Below are positions 56,601 through 63,011 of a stretch of 64,000 nt of DNA, one piece after another (position 1 is the stretch's first letter; each line of letters begins with the position of its first letter). The position numbers were made by a program, and so were the translations under genes. Below the pieces are notes generated by a model, which saw only the letters and a program-made list of their open reading frames with translations, did no database searches and had not been told where the DNA came from. The DNA is from Giardia intestinalis (lineage: Eukaryota), in NCBI GenBank assembly GCA_000002435.2, contig CM018789.1; one strand, written 5' to 3'.

Positions 56601-58577
56601 AACACAACACCGGTTATAGTGCTCCTCAGTCCAGGCTCCGATCCGTCAAATACAATCATGGGTCTTGCGGATGCAAAGTCCATTAGGGTGCACAGCGTGT
56701 CGCTGGGCCGGGGCCAGGGGATTATTGCAGAGAAGGCAATTGCGGAGGCCAGCATCAACGGAGAGTGGGTCCTTTTAGGAAACACACACCTCGCCGGTTC
56801 GTGGCTCCAGAGGCTGGAATCCATCTGTGACGCCATCAGCGACAGGAGCTACAACCCTCGTGGAGCTGAGCAGAGTCGTTCAGACCCGACCGTTAAGTCC
56901 GATAAGAAGCAGAAAACACCAGCCTTTGAAATTCATAAGGACTTCAGGCTTTACCTCACAACCATACCGTTCCCGCAATTCCCCTCTTCTATCACACGCA
57001 ACAGTACGAAGGTCTCAACAGAGCCTCCTCTTGGGCTCAAGAACAGCGTCCTGCGGCTCTTTAACAGCTACGAAGAGGCTGAGCTTTCGGTAGCCACCAC
57101 AATCTTCAAGAAGGCAGAGCAGGATGGTTTTGCTGGAAACTTCGATGCGCTCCGGGCAACGGACCCCCTGAAGATCGCATATGTGGCCGACAGAAAGTAC
57201 AAGATGCTCCTCTGGAACCTCTCCCTGTTCTTTTCGGTTGTTTTGGAGCGCCGGCGATTCGGCACCATCGGTTTCAACTCGCCTTATGACTGGTCCGACC
57301 CAGACCTGCACATATCCAAGACGCAGCTGCTTACTAAGTTCCAGGAGATTGCAATCTGCGATCCAGCCAGCTTCCATACAAAGGTTAACGCCGCTATGGC
57401 AGCCCTCAGGTTCCTGACCGCAGAGATCAACGTCGGTGGCCGCGTATCGGATGGAAAGGATAGGCTCTGTGTCAATTCATTGATGTCTGCCTTTTATGCC
57501 GACGATTTGAAGTCTCTAGGAAAGACTGTTAACGACACATACGGATTCCCCTCCCATCTGTCGATCACCCGCGAGAACATTATCGAGCACGTCACAGAAA
57601 AGTGGCCAGATAACGACCTGCCCGAAATATACGGGCTAGACAGCAACGCTACCATCTTTCTGGCGCAAAACTCCGGAAAGGAGCTTTCTGACATTATGCT
57701 GAAGATGCACAGCCACTCAGAAGGCGGATCTGCCACGCGCTCGCCCAGCTGCTCCACTGGAGGCGAGCTGGCACAGATCAACGCCATTCTTAACGGTCTG
57801 CCGGCCCTGTTTGACGAGGAGGCGGTGAACGAGAAGTACCCCACCAACTACTACCAGTCCATGAACACAGTCCTTGTGCAGGAGTGCGCTCGCTATAACA
57901 AGCTGCTGCGGATAATGAGGAGCACCCTGGTCAACGCAGAGCGGGTGATCAAGGGGCTCATTATCATGACGAAGGAGACAGAGGGAGTCCTGGACGCGAT
58001 GCAGCTGAACCAGGTGCCGAGCGTCTGGGAGGCGACCGCGTGGCCATCAGTCATACCCTTGTCGCGGTGGATTGTGGATCTGCAGGAGCGCGTGAGCTTT
58101 ATCAGAAGCTGGACCGTAGAAGGGGTTCCCAAGGTTGTCTGGTTCTCCGGCTTCAGCTATCCGCAGGCATTTCTGACGGGCATTCTACAAAACTACGCCA
58201 GGCGTGCTAAGATAGCAATCGACGAGCTGGTCTTCGACTTCCAGGTAACCAGCGAGCCCGTGGAACTGGAGCATGCCATGACAATATCCGGGCTCTTTCT
58301 CCAGTGCGCCTCCTGGTCGGAAGCGGGTCTCGCCGATGCTCGGCCAAATGTCCTCTTCGAGGAGATGCCGAACATCGTGCTAATCCCAACCAGAAATACA
58401 GACCTTGAAGTCAGCAATCGTTACCCATGCCCAGTCTACCGTACAAGCCTCCGCCGGGGAGTTCTGACGACCACCGGGCACAGTAGCAACTACATATTGG
58501 ACGTTCTTCTGCCAAGCAACGAGCATGTGAACAAGTGGATACGCCTTGGTGTGGCGCTGTTCCAGCAGAAGGATTAG
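41682..58577 (+). CDS. Dynein heavy chain (axonemal-type), 5,631 aa, with an extended low-complexity N-terminal tail
   Basis: AAA1 P-loop GPAGTGKTESTKDLAKAIG with Walker B CFDEFNRI; AAA2-4 P-loops (GRTMSGKST, GPGGSGKST, GMPSSGKRS); coiled-coil stalk; C-terminal domain. Single uninterrupted ORF. Confidence 0.97.
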   Translation: MDLPETARSAIDRDATQGARQLAEHTEKITRSARADNKLAFSKHYVPQSKRPIVKPRQASGTTLKVPMLLSGLSASHQEHDVSQKSSRLITTDRLHPTSELAKIYQDGTVGGTDAKWRDVELKGYEPGPPVRYMSAAQRTSATLRLGSSGRPPSGSKRNDIRAVGQLTYEETEAGITMDPAKSFLSGFDDSQMVDEILTERNLAGTPGSATPRSNRSGSRPSSGAPTMSEKIGRLMRPRTAVLDLDLPRMEHFRPDARVDAVVQALSDFSKDYPVYQTEESYNIILKSISRDLYSYKLLARGIIPPDIREEGSTEKELIQSIQSFRSMLLKDENDGFLPLEFFDAEEIYDNHSPTEWLTMHQRTFKLPDEQRLKGTPARSRYVTTVGGQTVFLLEPVVVQNYDEETRCFGVQWLPKGSVMLPREEDDLLCRHIFCLRTIDANNIHRLDYTKDSVTFTDCHTVTVGVTKNVKRLNLLFDDEDERIWWQRRWAAHMLRRKIEAVSKLGLFLKIYMERALKFKTMRTELSCYAPTHIPPDFEATPLLEILSDVSGPTSEIIDNIFHKYCLSNPLFVSFFLSHLSKADYSKALTRAEQLVPDVTANIIESNMLASIDYLRRSARFDSSIQTIGLCAPFFITEGDKFKLLTQKRFIATLSGEFLPSQPVTSILRYLKRRCRQERRLFSVCAGYNKAYRLLQEECLSLQCMEGLLLFNVAGVAPFIAQDQICVIKSGIGGGIQADKESYRIKLIVEDDETKPKPKQSGKQKVSSGKRKLAVATDQDEIASDVENADKNAEEKSDDSTDDMTNIPFYAAPLSVAKNTLDLGVVSPGCPFLLDRFVLMSRCHRARMISYLRDTLHVDLSASILLALNEVGIDVYIPNRLLKEYIDYESQIHGYELYMELYGDRYLFDNAMEPVQMLMLTGTDRNDLQGSAAMLRSATANASLLDVKTPDEDKAVTDLLHVNEIDELRRSIIGFDSKSLAITITDRLNKLRTTNTLVDDPAMSVGATTKDKTTKLNQRMTEDSDTSNFSMFSDMRPSNTVNNESMSLRKACQKHRPQPRSGTPTEYDNSVALSSNLENDILDGSTLEQRASVLVTDTHNNSAKYLLNGNLSARGRVRDSADLLAFSRLVNMMRYDSIMEVSKNSIFRYMDMLHLFKGSNRISYNSVKEHITSMFSNFSKKRFSVQEAKDIIDKAAQPIFEYVPSTMVTSSLIQLFIDFDAVVRDIAPLDKMTTGTIQTFTSFSLTDSKLDSLSPSKTYPASAISQGLDIPLIDADFDNMPTRPVVTIDEFMQNLDMAPQASMTSTSMITEQQEHVYSRHTQFNAYSNYVENLKVHFKRAQYPTLVGLEFSIFPSISAIESAVYDNYAQIIQTTCEIPLIETSMPCFEGDPYYAKTGTLLGPDPVHSPWLKEKHEELLQYLHESSVGPQCVLEVLRAIYRQLFLVDHTDYIDRESFQSFLQQNSTFSEIDYFVKLMPPLDEFHNVALVEEDVNNEEDLFLVGFDGWDYDFVDSEQQKRNLKEAENKERAQAAKEKHHDHESSEADDADDENDDQHDDALKAPTTTEHGGTGDAREQAVTVKINNTCLSLRDLRSFLLKYTALKELLRKFPPKINCGLYQVDCTKILDIFVKRCQMLRAQVARVIHFRAIGYSNRLIQEWDELRDKMTTDTTTSTAIYAEIRAYVNNIEATVAAMQKRHQILDRYMGVLDEFSISTSDFYKCLNHYEETLVKFALEKSQGQYSKLVDKYKTRVAYLYNTPDKYGDKDLATLYWTVRAKPVGVINSKEGAERRLQEAFAILAKVKDAERADLAELMAKYKAMTVSFAQRANLNEAPQFADELVSIQNYREKIDQKVEVFLLEESQLGFQPSEFKNYELTNEDFQIFKDLWTIVSSFTHNYPMWFSGTFIDLDPRQISTSINEWAGNLLRLQKTLAKIGRTAGTYTKIKDKDRAACCQDSISITVEIIAKLDEFRGIMPLIESLRNPGLKPHHWKEVSALSKSGVAIQPTASLTLVQLIADGFLEPKTLERVVYISTSATKEFAIEKSLDKMTQDWKSVNLDMKYYGKHEVIEASNSKGDEQKVRVYKYYIVKTFDEILLLLDEQFSTLQGMRASAHAAKFEARLLGMEKKLVYLQDIVEEWTRFQRLWMYLEPIFTSDDIKRQLPEESVMFADTCVFWADQSSDAYRSPAAMALAGRDYAVEKFRHNFKQLEIVNKHLSSYLENKRRSFARFFFLSDEELLQILAQTRDPEAVQPHISKCFEGIKSLGFRLDAEGKKEIFSMISAEGEEITFDGAIVPQGDADVWLGEIEKMMKTVLKLLIKQAFNDYKQNVSDFESLEELNKMQIALQNTLPPAIDEPRGRKKKAKADAAEAAAEEAKLEEPLVQTYSDIIMAPREQWITRWPAQVIIVLGQVIWTHETTVAIKKQEDLYKRSLEEYMLKLNYDIDKIVRWVGFIPGSTEEKVPISKNIRALLVILLTLHVHNRDVVAKIQKAFFNKNASIDYSFIWEAELKFKYKLLENERAPADDYALYTKQVNAEIPYAYEYMGIGTRLTITPLTERCYLTLTSAIVSFYGGAPQGPAGTGKTESTKDLAKAIGIQCVVFNCSEGLNTASMGRMFKGLAMSGAWSCFDEFNRIDVEVLSVIAQQILTIQRAISMRQRRFIFEGADISLNSNCAVFITMNPGYAGRAELPDNLKALFRPISMTVPDYSLIAEVMLFACGYRDASKLAVKLCMSLKLSSEQLSKQDHYDFGMRALKSILSAASLLKRLYYLEREDKLCLRALNSVNVPKFLQQDVVLFENIVSDLFPECFADKVRDSGKKKSRLTSAKPESPQTKAKDETLENEALLSNLIEQAGLPEVIDLHEDELDGQEFDIGYVSKDIDAEDLLRLFIGAVLREKHLHDSVDFIEKTMQLYTTLSVRHGLMNVGRTMSGKSTITDVLSVALGNVRKFFTKYPEFASRFSHEAYPLFYPVQVYKLNAKSITMSELYGSFSDVSNEWSDGIVSSIMRECIKEEAEYRLKWILFDSPVDALWIETMNTVLDDNKKLCLTSGEIITMTANMTIFFEVMDLSQASPATVSRTGMIYCDRTLIPLFNLFVALMHRYLPQWFLALEINTAATWPYFKVVENPNYQPAEGTQPIPPEELLMFRAMSDIQLAGSSNPSARAILEGYPNPIMTCKERLENLFRWLFIPLATTLIKIRKPTIYATTHTMVLTLIKIMASLLSHYTAPASDVVLNEEEIDEYKKRLPPLKDPGVLIDALFVFSLTWSVGSFGDLETRALFGKLFRHLAYDVPAVALANAVSAGATLPPPKDPDLEQKIMYGTKQPTISGFKLGKQEHEAISARASSVEQFYPSLMPDFMQYDIYIWPMSTPIPYTDDEREADRPGYVCLPHDVFIISKTAKQSLVPGESKDAGDTSITPVVLAQSLELQWVPWCNSVHFIPTPEITCTTNYIDTVVPHNDFTSLTAILNILSSSGFPTLLAGPGGSGKSTIVKKLVDLRSNDILLKCCLTANTTSGQLRSIVDSKLEKRRRGVYSFTRGKKAVFFVDDAHMPEKEKYGARPPLEVIRQLLEDYGWYDIEGGFFKKIINMTSIIGCTTNGENIDDILPERLVHHCCTISVPESADESFKTIFTTLIKPLFSVISNPASGYMEPIISASIQLYRNICKEFRPTPVHPHYIFSPRDLSKVFQGIMLAVKNAAVTSQNFNAYYSQEIPIVSLWVHECTRVFADRLVDTDDESKFFTLLSTAWRTCPVTGSHPPEIKTIIPAAMQSGTGIEVYFGGCHAQADEIPYMQLNIEAPEEREKIEAYYYDSLESFNRSVGAVGKMKLVLFKYALVHLIRIARVLSMDRGHALLIGMPSSGKRSLTRLAAASLANYYNSMEQITGPSYVYTRPSSIKILEPSGKSDFIDCIKDAIRFAGVDANPTLLIVQEALADNYGLECINFLVNLGEIPNLWAADEINNICEVMIADLQKNKKEGEGGEDISKARVFEVIADRVVRNMHIVIVTTPESPSLDRLVTSFPSLIGSLSVNWFHPWETDTLRNISNFYLSEHAQSKAITELLVTMHRDVETLIHRSYPSLSASPATFLGILNTFQSLLTQLTGKLDSGNVRYSNGIARLAETEEAVGALKEEQTAKQPILAAAQKEVNTMARNIDARKIDVGKVKEVVSAEEAVVSKASAEADALAEDCAEELRKAEPLVYRATKALNALKPSDVNEVRSLATPPKLVRFVMDAICIVKGIKISSAPDADNWPIAQKMLRANGFLQSLKSYDAEKMPDAIAATLQKTYLSSSDFDPVAVQKSSIAAAGLCEWVHAIIAYYNVMKDVNPKRQKLALANAEAKKLQDELAVKQKQLKDAEDELSGLEAEAAKAQKELQRLSSEFELCTNRLTRAEGLISGLSGEKVRWSAEIDKLEKQKTNILPTAVSATSFCACLGGIDFADRDSLYKKWSAEISATFPGVEDSIKNFKLHETLAEQAFISRWVSNGLPRDSFSLTSACIAMSSKKVPLLIDPQNQARKWAATCLGQDMRQQPSVTSQVIRIADPNLHKVIEQCLRTGTMLIIEGISNNSFIRNDARIKAAIVAHNLIMSLTLQSEELRAVEVRFGDSTIEVPPTFGLILVSMCDIHIPPDSFGDFTVVTFKATKEALEDLLLSVAVECEKPELENQRKHLQAAAAEDATTLLTLETQLLNLLSESQNSEEGQTLLDNAVLVNALNETQQRALDISRRMIKAAKTSADIDAARVGYRSLANDASALYFAFQRLVQLDSMYENSLQNFIALFRSVVTAGKSIESADRLHIISRNFAEKLYTYVSRGLFVRHKLAFAFDICLSLQRTSGEISNEQFNLLLGALGGTIPAKEAPSSKLLSSVTDDEWTLFSAACSSRAFDALALDADSIERYSKLLGSSPSSTSTTVVDRTSDLRQTDPLAYVIFCACLDRKNLLEAVKAYIRAALGPEFVNTEAANIVDICAEATNTTPVIVLLSPGSDPSNTIMGLADAKSIRVHSVSLGRGQGIIAEKAIAEASINGEWVLLGNTHLAGSWLQRLESICDAISDRSYNPRGAEQSRSDPTVKSDKKQKTPAFEIHKDFRLYLTTIPFPQFPSSITRNSTKVSTEPPLGLKNSVLRLFNSYEEAELSVATTIFKKAEQDGFAGNFDALRATDPLKIAYVADRKYKMLLWNLSLFFSVVLERRRFGTIGFNSPYDWSDPDLHISKTQLLTKFQEIAICDPASFHTKVNAAMAALRFLTAEINVGGRVSDGKDRLCVNSLMSAFYADDLKSLGKTVNDTYGFPSHLSITRENIIEHVTEKWPDNDLPEIYGLDSNATIFLAQNSGKELSDIMLKMHSHSEGGSATRSPSCSTGGELAQINAILNGLPALFDEEAVNEKYPTNYYQSMNTVLVQECARYNKLLRIMRSTLVNAERVIKGLIIMTKETEGVLDAMQLNQVPSVWEATAWPSVIPLSRWIVDLQERVSFIRSWTVEGVPKVVWFSGFSYPQAFLTGILQNYARRAKIAIDELVFDFQVTSEPVELEHAMTISGLFLQCASWSEAGLADARPNVLFEEMPNIVLIPTRNTDLEVSNRYPCPVYRTSLRRGVLTTTGHSSNYILDVLLPSNEHVNKWIRLGVALFQQKD

Positions 58578-58582
58578 GGAGC

Positions 58583-58589
58583 AGTAAAT
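58583..58589 (+). terminator. Putative polyadenylation signal AGTAAAT 6 nt after the dynein stop
   Basis: taGGGAGCAGTAAATgc. It lies in the 18-bp gap before the convergent LAS1-like gene. Confidence 0.45.
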
Positions 58590-58595
58590 GCAGTC

Positions 58596-60257
58596 CTATT
58601 TCTTAAGGGGAGGCTCGGTGAGCTTCGCCTCCAACGGCGCGTCTCCATCCCTGTGGAGGACGGGGGCATCTGCATCCAGACCCCCATAGTAGTAGCGACG
58701 GAGGCGGGAGTCGTCTGTCCACATCGACCCCAGCAGACTTGTGACGCCTATGGGAATGAGCTCGTTTGCCGGGGAGCGGTGGATGATGACGCTTGCGTCG
58801 CTGGATTGGACCCCCAGCAGTATCTGCAGCCCCGTCAGCTTCAGATGATACTTGTGCAGAACGTCCACCAGAAACTGCACTAAGCAGCCGGACGGCGTGT
58901 CGCTGATAGACACCTGCGCTGTGCCCGGGACGGCCGACGTAGAGGCCACGGGCTCCGTTAGCGAAATCACGTCATCCAGGGTGAACTCTGCGCTAGTGTC
59001 CAGTCGAGTAAACTGCGTGCCCTCCTTTTTGTATGCCTGCTCCAAGGAAAGAAGGAACGGAGGGGCTGCGTTTGCCAGGACAGCCAGCAGGGCCTTCTGG
59101 ATTGCTTTCAGATGCAGCTGCTCCACGCTCTTGTCTGGCTCCGCCCTGATGTGATCCAGAATGGCGTACAGCCACCTGATGCAAAGGTCGAACTGCTGCG
59201 GATTTGTGAGCTTGCCCGACTGGTGCATCACCATGTTGACGATGCAGTAGTGTGATAGCACCGCATCAGAAAACAGTCGTGCGAAGAGCGGGGAGACGAT
59301 GCTGCTCCGAAAGCTCTCGGCAAGGCCTCCCTCTATGGCCCCGACCAGAAACCGTCTGAACTCCGTGCGGTCCCCTGACTCCCCGAAAACGTCGGCCGGA
59401 CTGAGCCTGTTCCTGTATATGACGCGGACCACGGCACCAGGAAGGCCCGTCAGGCAATTTGCAGCGATGAGCCTGTCCACAAACTCAGAAGGATGGAGCT
59501 GGTTCGGAGACACGAAAAACCCTTGCAGCTCTTGGACGCACCTGCTCACGGCGTTCTCGTGCGTCTCGTTTAGAAGCGGCTCCCAGTAGTTGTGGCGCAG
59601 CCAGTGAAGCAGGAGCGCCGCGCTCTGCCGCAGCGCCGGAAGAGGCGGGAGCTGCTGGTGCGTCGCCTCGTGGCGGACATCGATGAGTGCGTAAGGAAGG
59701 CTGATGCGCCCCGCGAGGGTCTTCATGGAGGTCATATAGTTGCCGACCTGCTGGCGGTCTGTGAGCCCGTTGACGGTCCGGATTAGCGCCACAGAATAGC
59801 TAGACTGCAGGGCGTGCTCGTCGGCGGCCTCGTTGTCGGAAAGCCGGGCCGCAACCAGGGCTGCCGTTCCGTCCAATCCCACCTCCACAGCGCCCCTCAG
59901 ACGAATGACGTTCACCATTGCCAGTCCTTCTTCCTGCTTCCTGACATCGTCGGAGTAAAGCAAGTCGAAGAGCGCCGCCTGGTCGCTGAGACAGAGAGTG
60001 CTTATTGATTTCATAAGTTTTTGGCGTGCAGGGTCTAGTTCAACCAGCAGGGGCTCTGCAAGTGGCGCATATCCACGCATGCACGTGCTGGGCTGGCAGG
60101 TGGTTGTACGAGCTATGGCTTGCAAAATGGCATAGATGCCCACTTGAGTGGCAGAAGCCTTACTCGTGTATTCAGCCGCAATGGTGAAAAAGTCATGCGT
60201 CCCACTGCATTCGTGCATCTTCTGTCCGCGCTTCCATGGCTGAGTTGCAACGGACAA
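58596..60257 (-). CDS. LAS1: LAS1-like pre-rRNA processing nuclease (Las1 family)
   Basis: Las1 signature block ALIRTVNGLTDRQQVGNYMTSMKTLAGRISLPYALIDVRHEATHQQLPPLPALRQSA..LHWLRHNYWEP, compared with the Las1 consensus IRFVNG..D..Q....A.SM..IA..IGLP.WFVDLRHEATHE.LPSL..LR.A....L.WL...YW. Confidence 0.8.
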   Translation of the reverse strand: MSVATQPWKRGQKMHECSGTHDFFTIAAEYTSKASATQVGIYAILQAIARTTTCQPSTCMRGYAPLAEPLLVELDPARQKLMKSISTLCLSDQAALFDLLYSDDVRKQEEGLAMVNVIRLRGAVEVGLDGTAALVAARLSDNEAADEHALQSSYSVALIRTVNGLTDRQQVGNYMTSMKTLAGRISLPYALIDVRHEATHQQLPPLPALRQSAALLLHWLRHNYWEPLLNETHENAVSRCVQELQGFFVSPNQLHPSEFVDRLIAANCLTGLPGAVVRVIYRNRLSPADVFGESGDRTEFRRFLVGAIEGGLAESFRSSIVSPLFARLFSDAVLSHYCIVNMVMHQSGKLTNPQQFDLCIRWLYAILDHIRAEPDKSVEQLHLKAIQKALLAVLANAAPPFLLSLEQAYKKEGTQFTRLDTSAEFTLDDVISLTEPVASTSAVPGTAQVSISDTPSGCLVQFLVDVLHKYHLKLTGLQILLGVQSSDASVIIHRSPANELIPIGVTSLLGSMWTDDSRLRRYYYGGLDADAPVLHRDGDAPLEAKLTEPPLKK

Positions 60258-60538
60258 GGTGCAGACAGTTCGGGCTTCTGGGGGTCACCCACAAGGCACT
60301 ACGTCTGAGATATGCATATCCAGAAGATACCGTGGACCAGCGTTTTGCATCTCGTTGTCCGCGCCACGACCCAAGCATATTTAGGACTTCTTTCTACCTC
60401 ATCATTGTCAGTTCTATTGCCGAAAGATTTACTCGCATGGAGGATTAATAATTAGAAATGAAAATTCAACACAGACCAATATTATAGAATCAATCTGCCA
60501 GCAAACAGCACAAAGGTAGCTACAGAACTATCGCTAGA

Positions 60539-61411
60539 TTATTTTATACTGGTATCAATCAGATCCATACCTTGACTATGAATAGGGGAGAGGGCCCGTA
60601 CCGCATGCCATTGGTCCTGCTTCACAATGCAAAGGCCTGTTATGCGCGGGGTGCAAGGGCGCCCACTACTTTCAAATGATACTTCATCAGATTCTTCGTA
60701 AATAGTGGACAGAAAAACAGCACTATCCACAAGGTAATCATCAATAGAGCCACTGAGATCCTCTGATGTTAGATAAGAAGAAAAATAATCAAAGTGTAGG
60801 AGCTCTGGAGTTAGCAAAGTAGTTTTAGCAGCTCCATTCTTAAACGATTGTGGGGCAGTCATATATGTAGGTGGAGATCCTATAGACACGTCAACTGGTG
60901 ACATGAGTTCTCCAAGACTCAAAGAAAGCGAAGATTGGGAACAAGTAAAATCCGGTTGCATACAAACTGAATTCGTTTTGACCAAAGCTTGCTTTTGATT
61001 GCCAATGGCTGTCGATTCGGGTGAGAATATAGCTAATTCTGATACGGGTACGTTGCGGCAAAGTTGTTGGGGATAAACTGGTGAGAGTGGAATGGCTTGT
61101 TTCTGAAGATTGGCTAAGACCCCAGTAAATATTCCATGTACACTAGGAGATCGTTTCAAGGAAGGTGGACTTCTGATCAGCTTATCTAAGCCAGGGACTT
61201 TGGGGCTGGCTTTATTTGCTATTCGCCTAATGTCACGTGAATGAAGCTCGTTTTGTAGCCTTTTAGCTCTATGCTTAATACGCTCTTCTAAACACTTGCG
61301 AGTTGCTTGTTCGAGTGCAGGGTTCTCCGGCTTCCGGATCCGTTGGCCAGAGATGCACGCTGCAAGACTGTATGTTTCAGGTCTTGTGATATTCTTGCGT
61401 ATAATTGTCAA
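60539..61411 (-). CDS. Hypothetical Ser-rich protein (290 aa)
   Basis: ORF in a compact region between minus-strand neighbours. No recognisable domain. Confidence 0.45.
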   Translation of the reverse strand: MTIIRKNITRPETYSLAACISGQRIRKPENPALEQATRKCLEERIKHRAKRLQNELHSRDIRRIANKASPKVPGLDKLIRSPPSLKRSPSVHGIFTGVLANLQKQAIPLSPVYPQQLCRNVPVSELAIFSPESTAIGNQKQALVKTNSVCMQPDFTCSQSSLSLSLGELMSPVDVSIGSPPTYMTAPQSFKNGAAKTTLLTPELLHFDYFSSYLTSEDLSGSIDDYLVDSAVFLSTIYEESDEVSFESSGRPCTPRITGLCIVKQDQWHAVRALSPIHSQGMDLIDTSIK

Positions 61412-61459
61412 CTAGAGGATCAGCCAGAGCGTCTAAATAATTTATTGGCCTGGCACTTG

Positions 61460-62935
61460 TTACGAATCGATGAGAGCCATTACGAATACAAGACTAGTAT
61501 CCTTCCATAACTGTCGCGAAATAGTATTATCTAGTTCGACCCCAGGTATTGTCAAAGTGAGCAAATTGTCTGATGAGATAGAGAATGGGAACTCAGATGT
61601 CAAAAAGTAGCTATTGAGACGCAGCGATCCCAGGCTTTGCTTGCTGTTTCGCTTGGTCAGTTCCACGACTATTTCATCTTGAAGTATCACCGGATCACTT
61701 AGCGGAAGCACAGCATCCAAGGATACAAACAGAATTGCATTAGTATATATGTCTACCGTGTTAGAGCATGCCCGTTGACACTTTGAAGGTATCGAAAGGC
61801 CGGAACGTGATCTGGCTCGCTTCCGTTCCCCCTTTGAAGAAGAAGATAGTAGATTGGAAGCTGCGCTACTTACAGCATCTGTACTTTTGCTATCATCATT
61901 TGATTCCATCTGTACACCTTGTACTGGAATGTGTTGCTCCGCTATAGACTCTAAAGAGCATGTGTAATCATAATATCTTAAGGGCGTCGTCACCTCTTCA
62001 GTGTCATATAGTTCATTAAGCGCCTTAAACATTTGCGAAGCACTGTCATGCGACTCATGTGCTGACTCTGTAGAATGTTCTATAGCGAGATCTACACCAG
62101 GGAGTCTATCACAAACAGAACCATCGGGTAAAATACTATATTTAATGTTGCACAGTTCCAAATGGTTGGTTACATCGTCTGTTGGAATCTCCTTCGAGCC
62201 AGAAAAGCACACTATGCGAAGACACAGATCATCATTCTTCCCTGCCTTCTTTCGCATAGAAGCGGGGAAATTAATTATGCCAACTTTTTTGAGCAACAAT
62301 CTAGGATAGTAGGAGATCCGGGAAAGTCGCTTGCAGGGAAGCTGCCGCCGCATCAGTGAATTAAAATATTGAAGGTATCGTAATTGAGATGGGATTGTGA
62401 TAGCCTTTCCATCGTAAGTTTTGGTCCTGGCGTAATCAGCAAGGGTATCGGCCAATAAACAATCGTTGGATGAATCATTAATTTCCCTGGCAGAGTCTTG
62501 CATATAAGCCATAGCAAGAAGAATACAAATGGCTACTGTGCCTGCCCGTCCTTTGCCAGCTTTACAATGGATGGCCAGTGTAACGTCTGGACATGTAGAA
62601 TAAAGGTTCATGGCCTGATTGACAGCGTCGATAAGTAGGTTAATAGGAGGAGGGCAGTGGTCTTCAAATCCATAGTAGGAAACCCGGTTGTTGAAAAGAG
62701 ATGGATGATAGCGTCTCTTGACCTCCGAACACAAATTGAACACCCAGTACTTCTCTGCATGAACAGAATTAAAGAGCCGTAGAACATGCTTGACTGGATT
62801 TCGGAAGGATGCTTCAATGGATGTTGCGGGATAGCCCATTGTGATGAGGCCCGGTCTTACATACACCAGATCAAGATCAAAGCCATGCTCGTTATACCTG
62901 CGCTTGTTCTTACTGACAAGGTGGCGTAGGGACAT
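61460..62935 (-). CDS. PTEN: PTEN-like phosphoinositide/dual-specificity phosphatase
   Basis: KNKRRYNEHGFDLDLVYVRPGLITMGYPA... (PTEN: [29 protein letters not shown]). Catalytic P-loop AIHCKAGKGRAGTV (PTEN HCKAGKGRTG). Start set at MSLRHLVSKNKRRY (62935), which removes the overlap with the downstream gene. The track ORF extends to 63058. Confidence 0.88.
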   Translation of the reverse strand: MSLRHLVSKNKRRYNEHGFDLDLVYVRPGLITMGYPATSIEASFRNPVKHVLRLFNSVHAEKYWVFNLCSEVKRRYHPSLFNNRVSYYGFEDHCPPPINLLIDAVNQAMNLYSTCPDVTLAIHCKAGKGRAGTVAICILLAMAYMQDSAREINDSSNDCLLADTLADYARTKTYDGKAITIPSQLRYLQYFNSLMRRQLPCKRLSRISYYPRLLLKKVGIINFPASMRKKAGKNDDLCLRIVCFSGSKEIPTDDVTNHLELCNIKYSILPDGSVCDRLPGVDLAIEHSTESAHESHDSASQMFKALNELYDTEEVTTPLRYYDYTCSLESIAEQHIPVQGVQMESNDDSKSTDAVSSAASNLLSSSSKGERKRARSRSGLSIPSKCQRACSNTVDIYTNAILFVSLDAVLPLSDPVILQDEIVVELTKRNSKQSLGSLRLNSYFLTSEFPFSISSDNLLTLTIPGVELDNTISRQLWKDTSLVFVMALIDS

Positions 62936-63011
62936 CACGGGAGGGTGGCCAGATCTAAAATTCCTTGTTGCGACACAATTTACATTAAGATGATATCTAG
63001 CAAATCTCATT

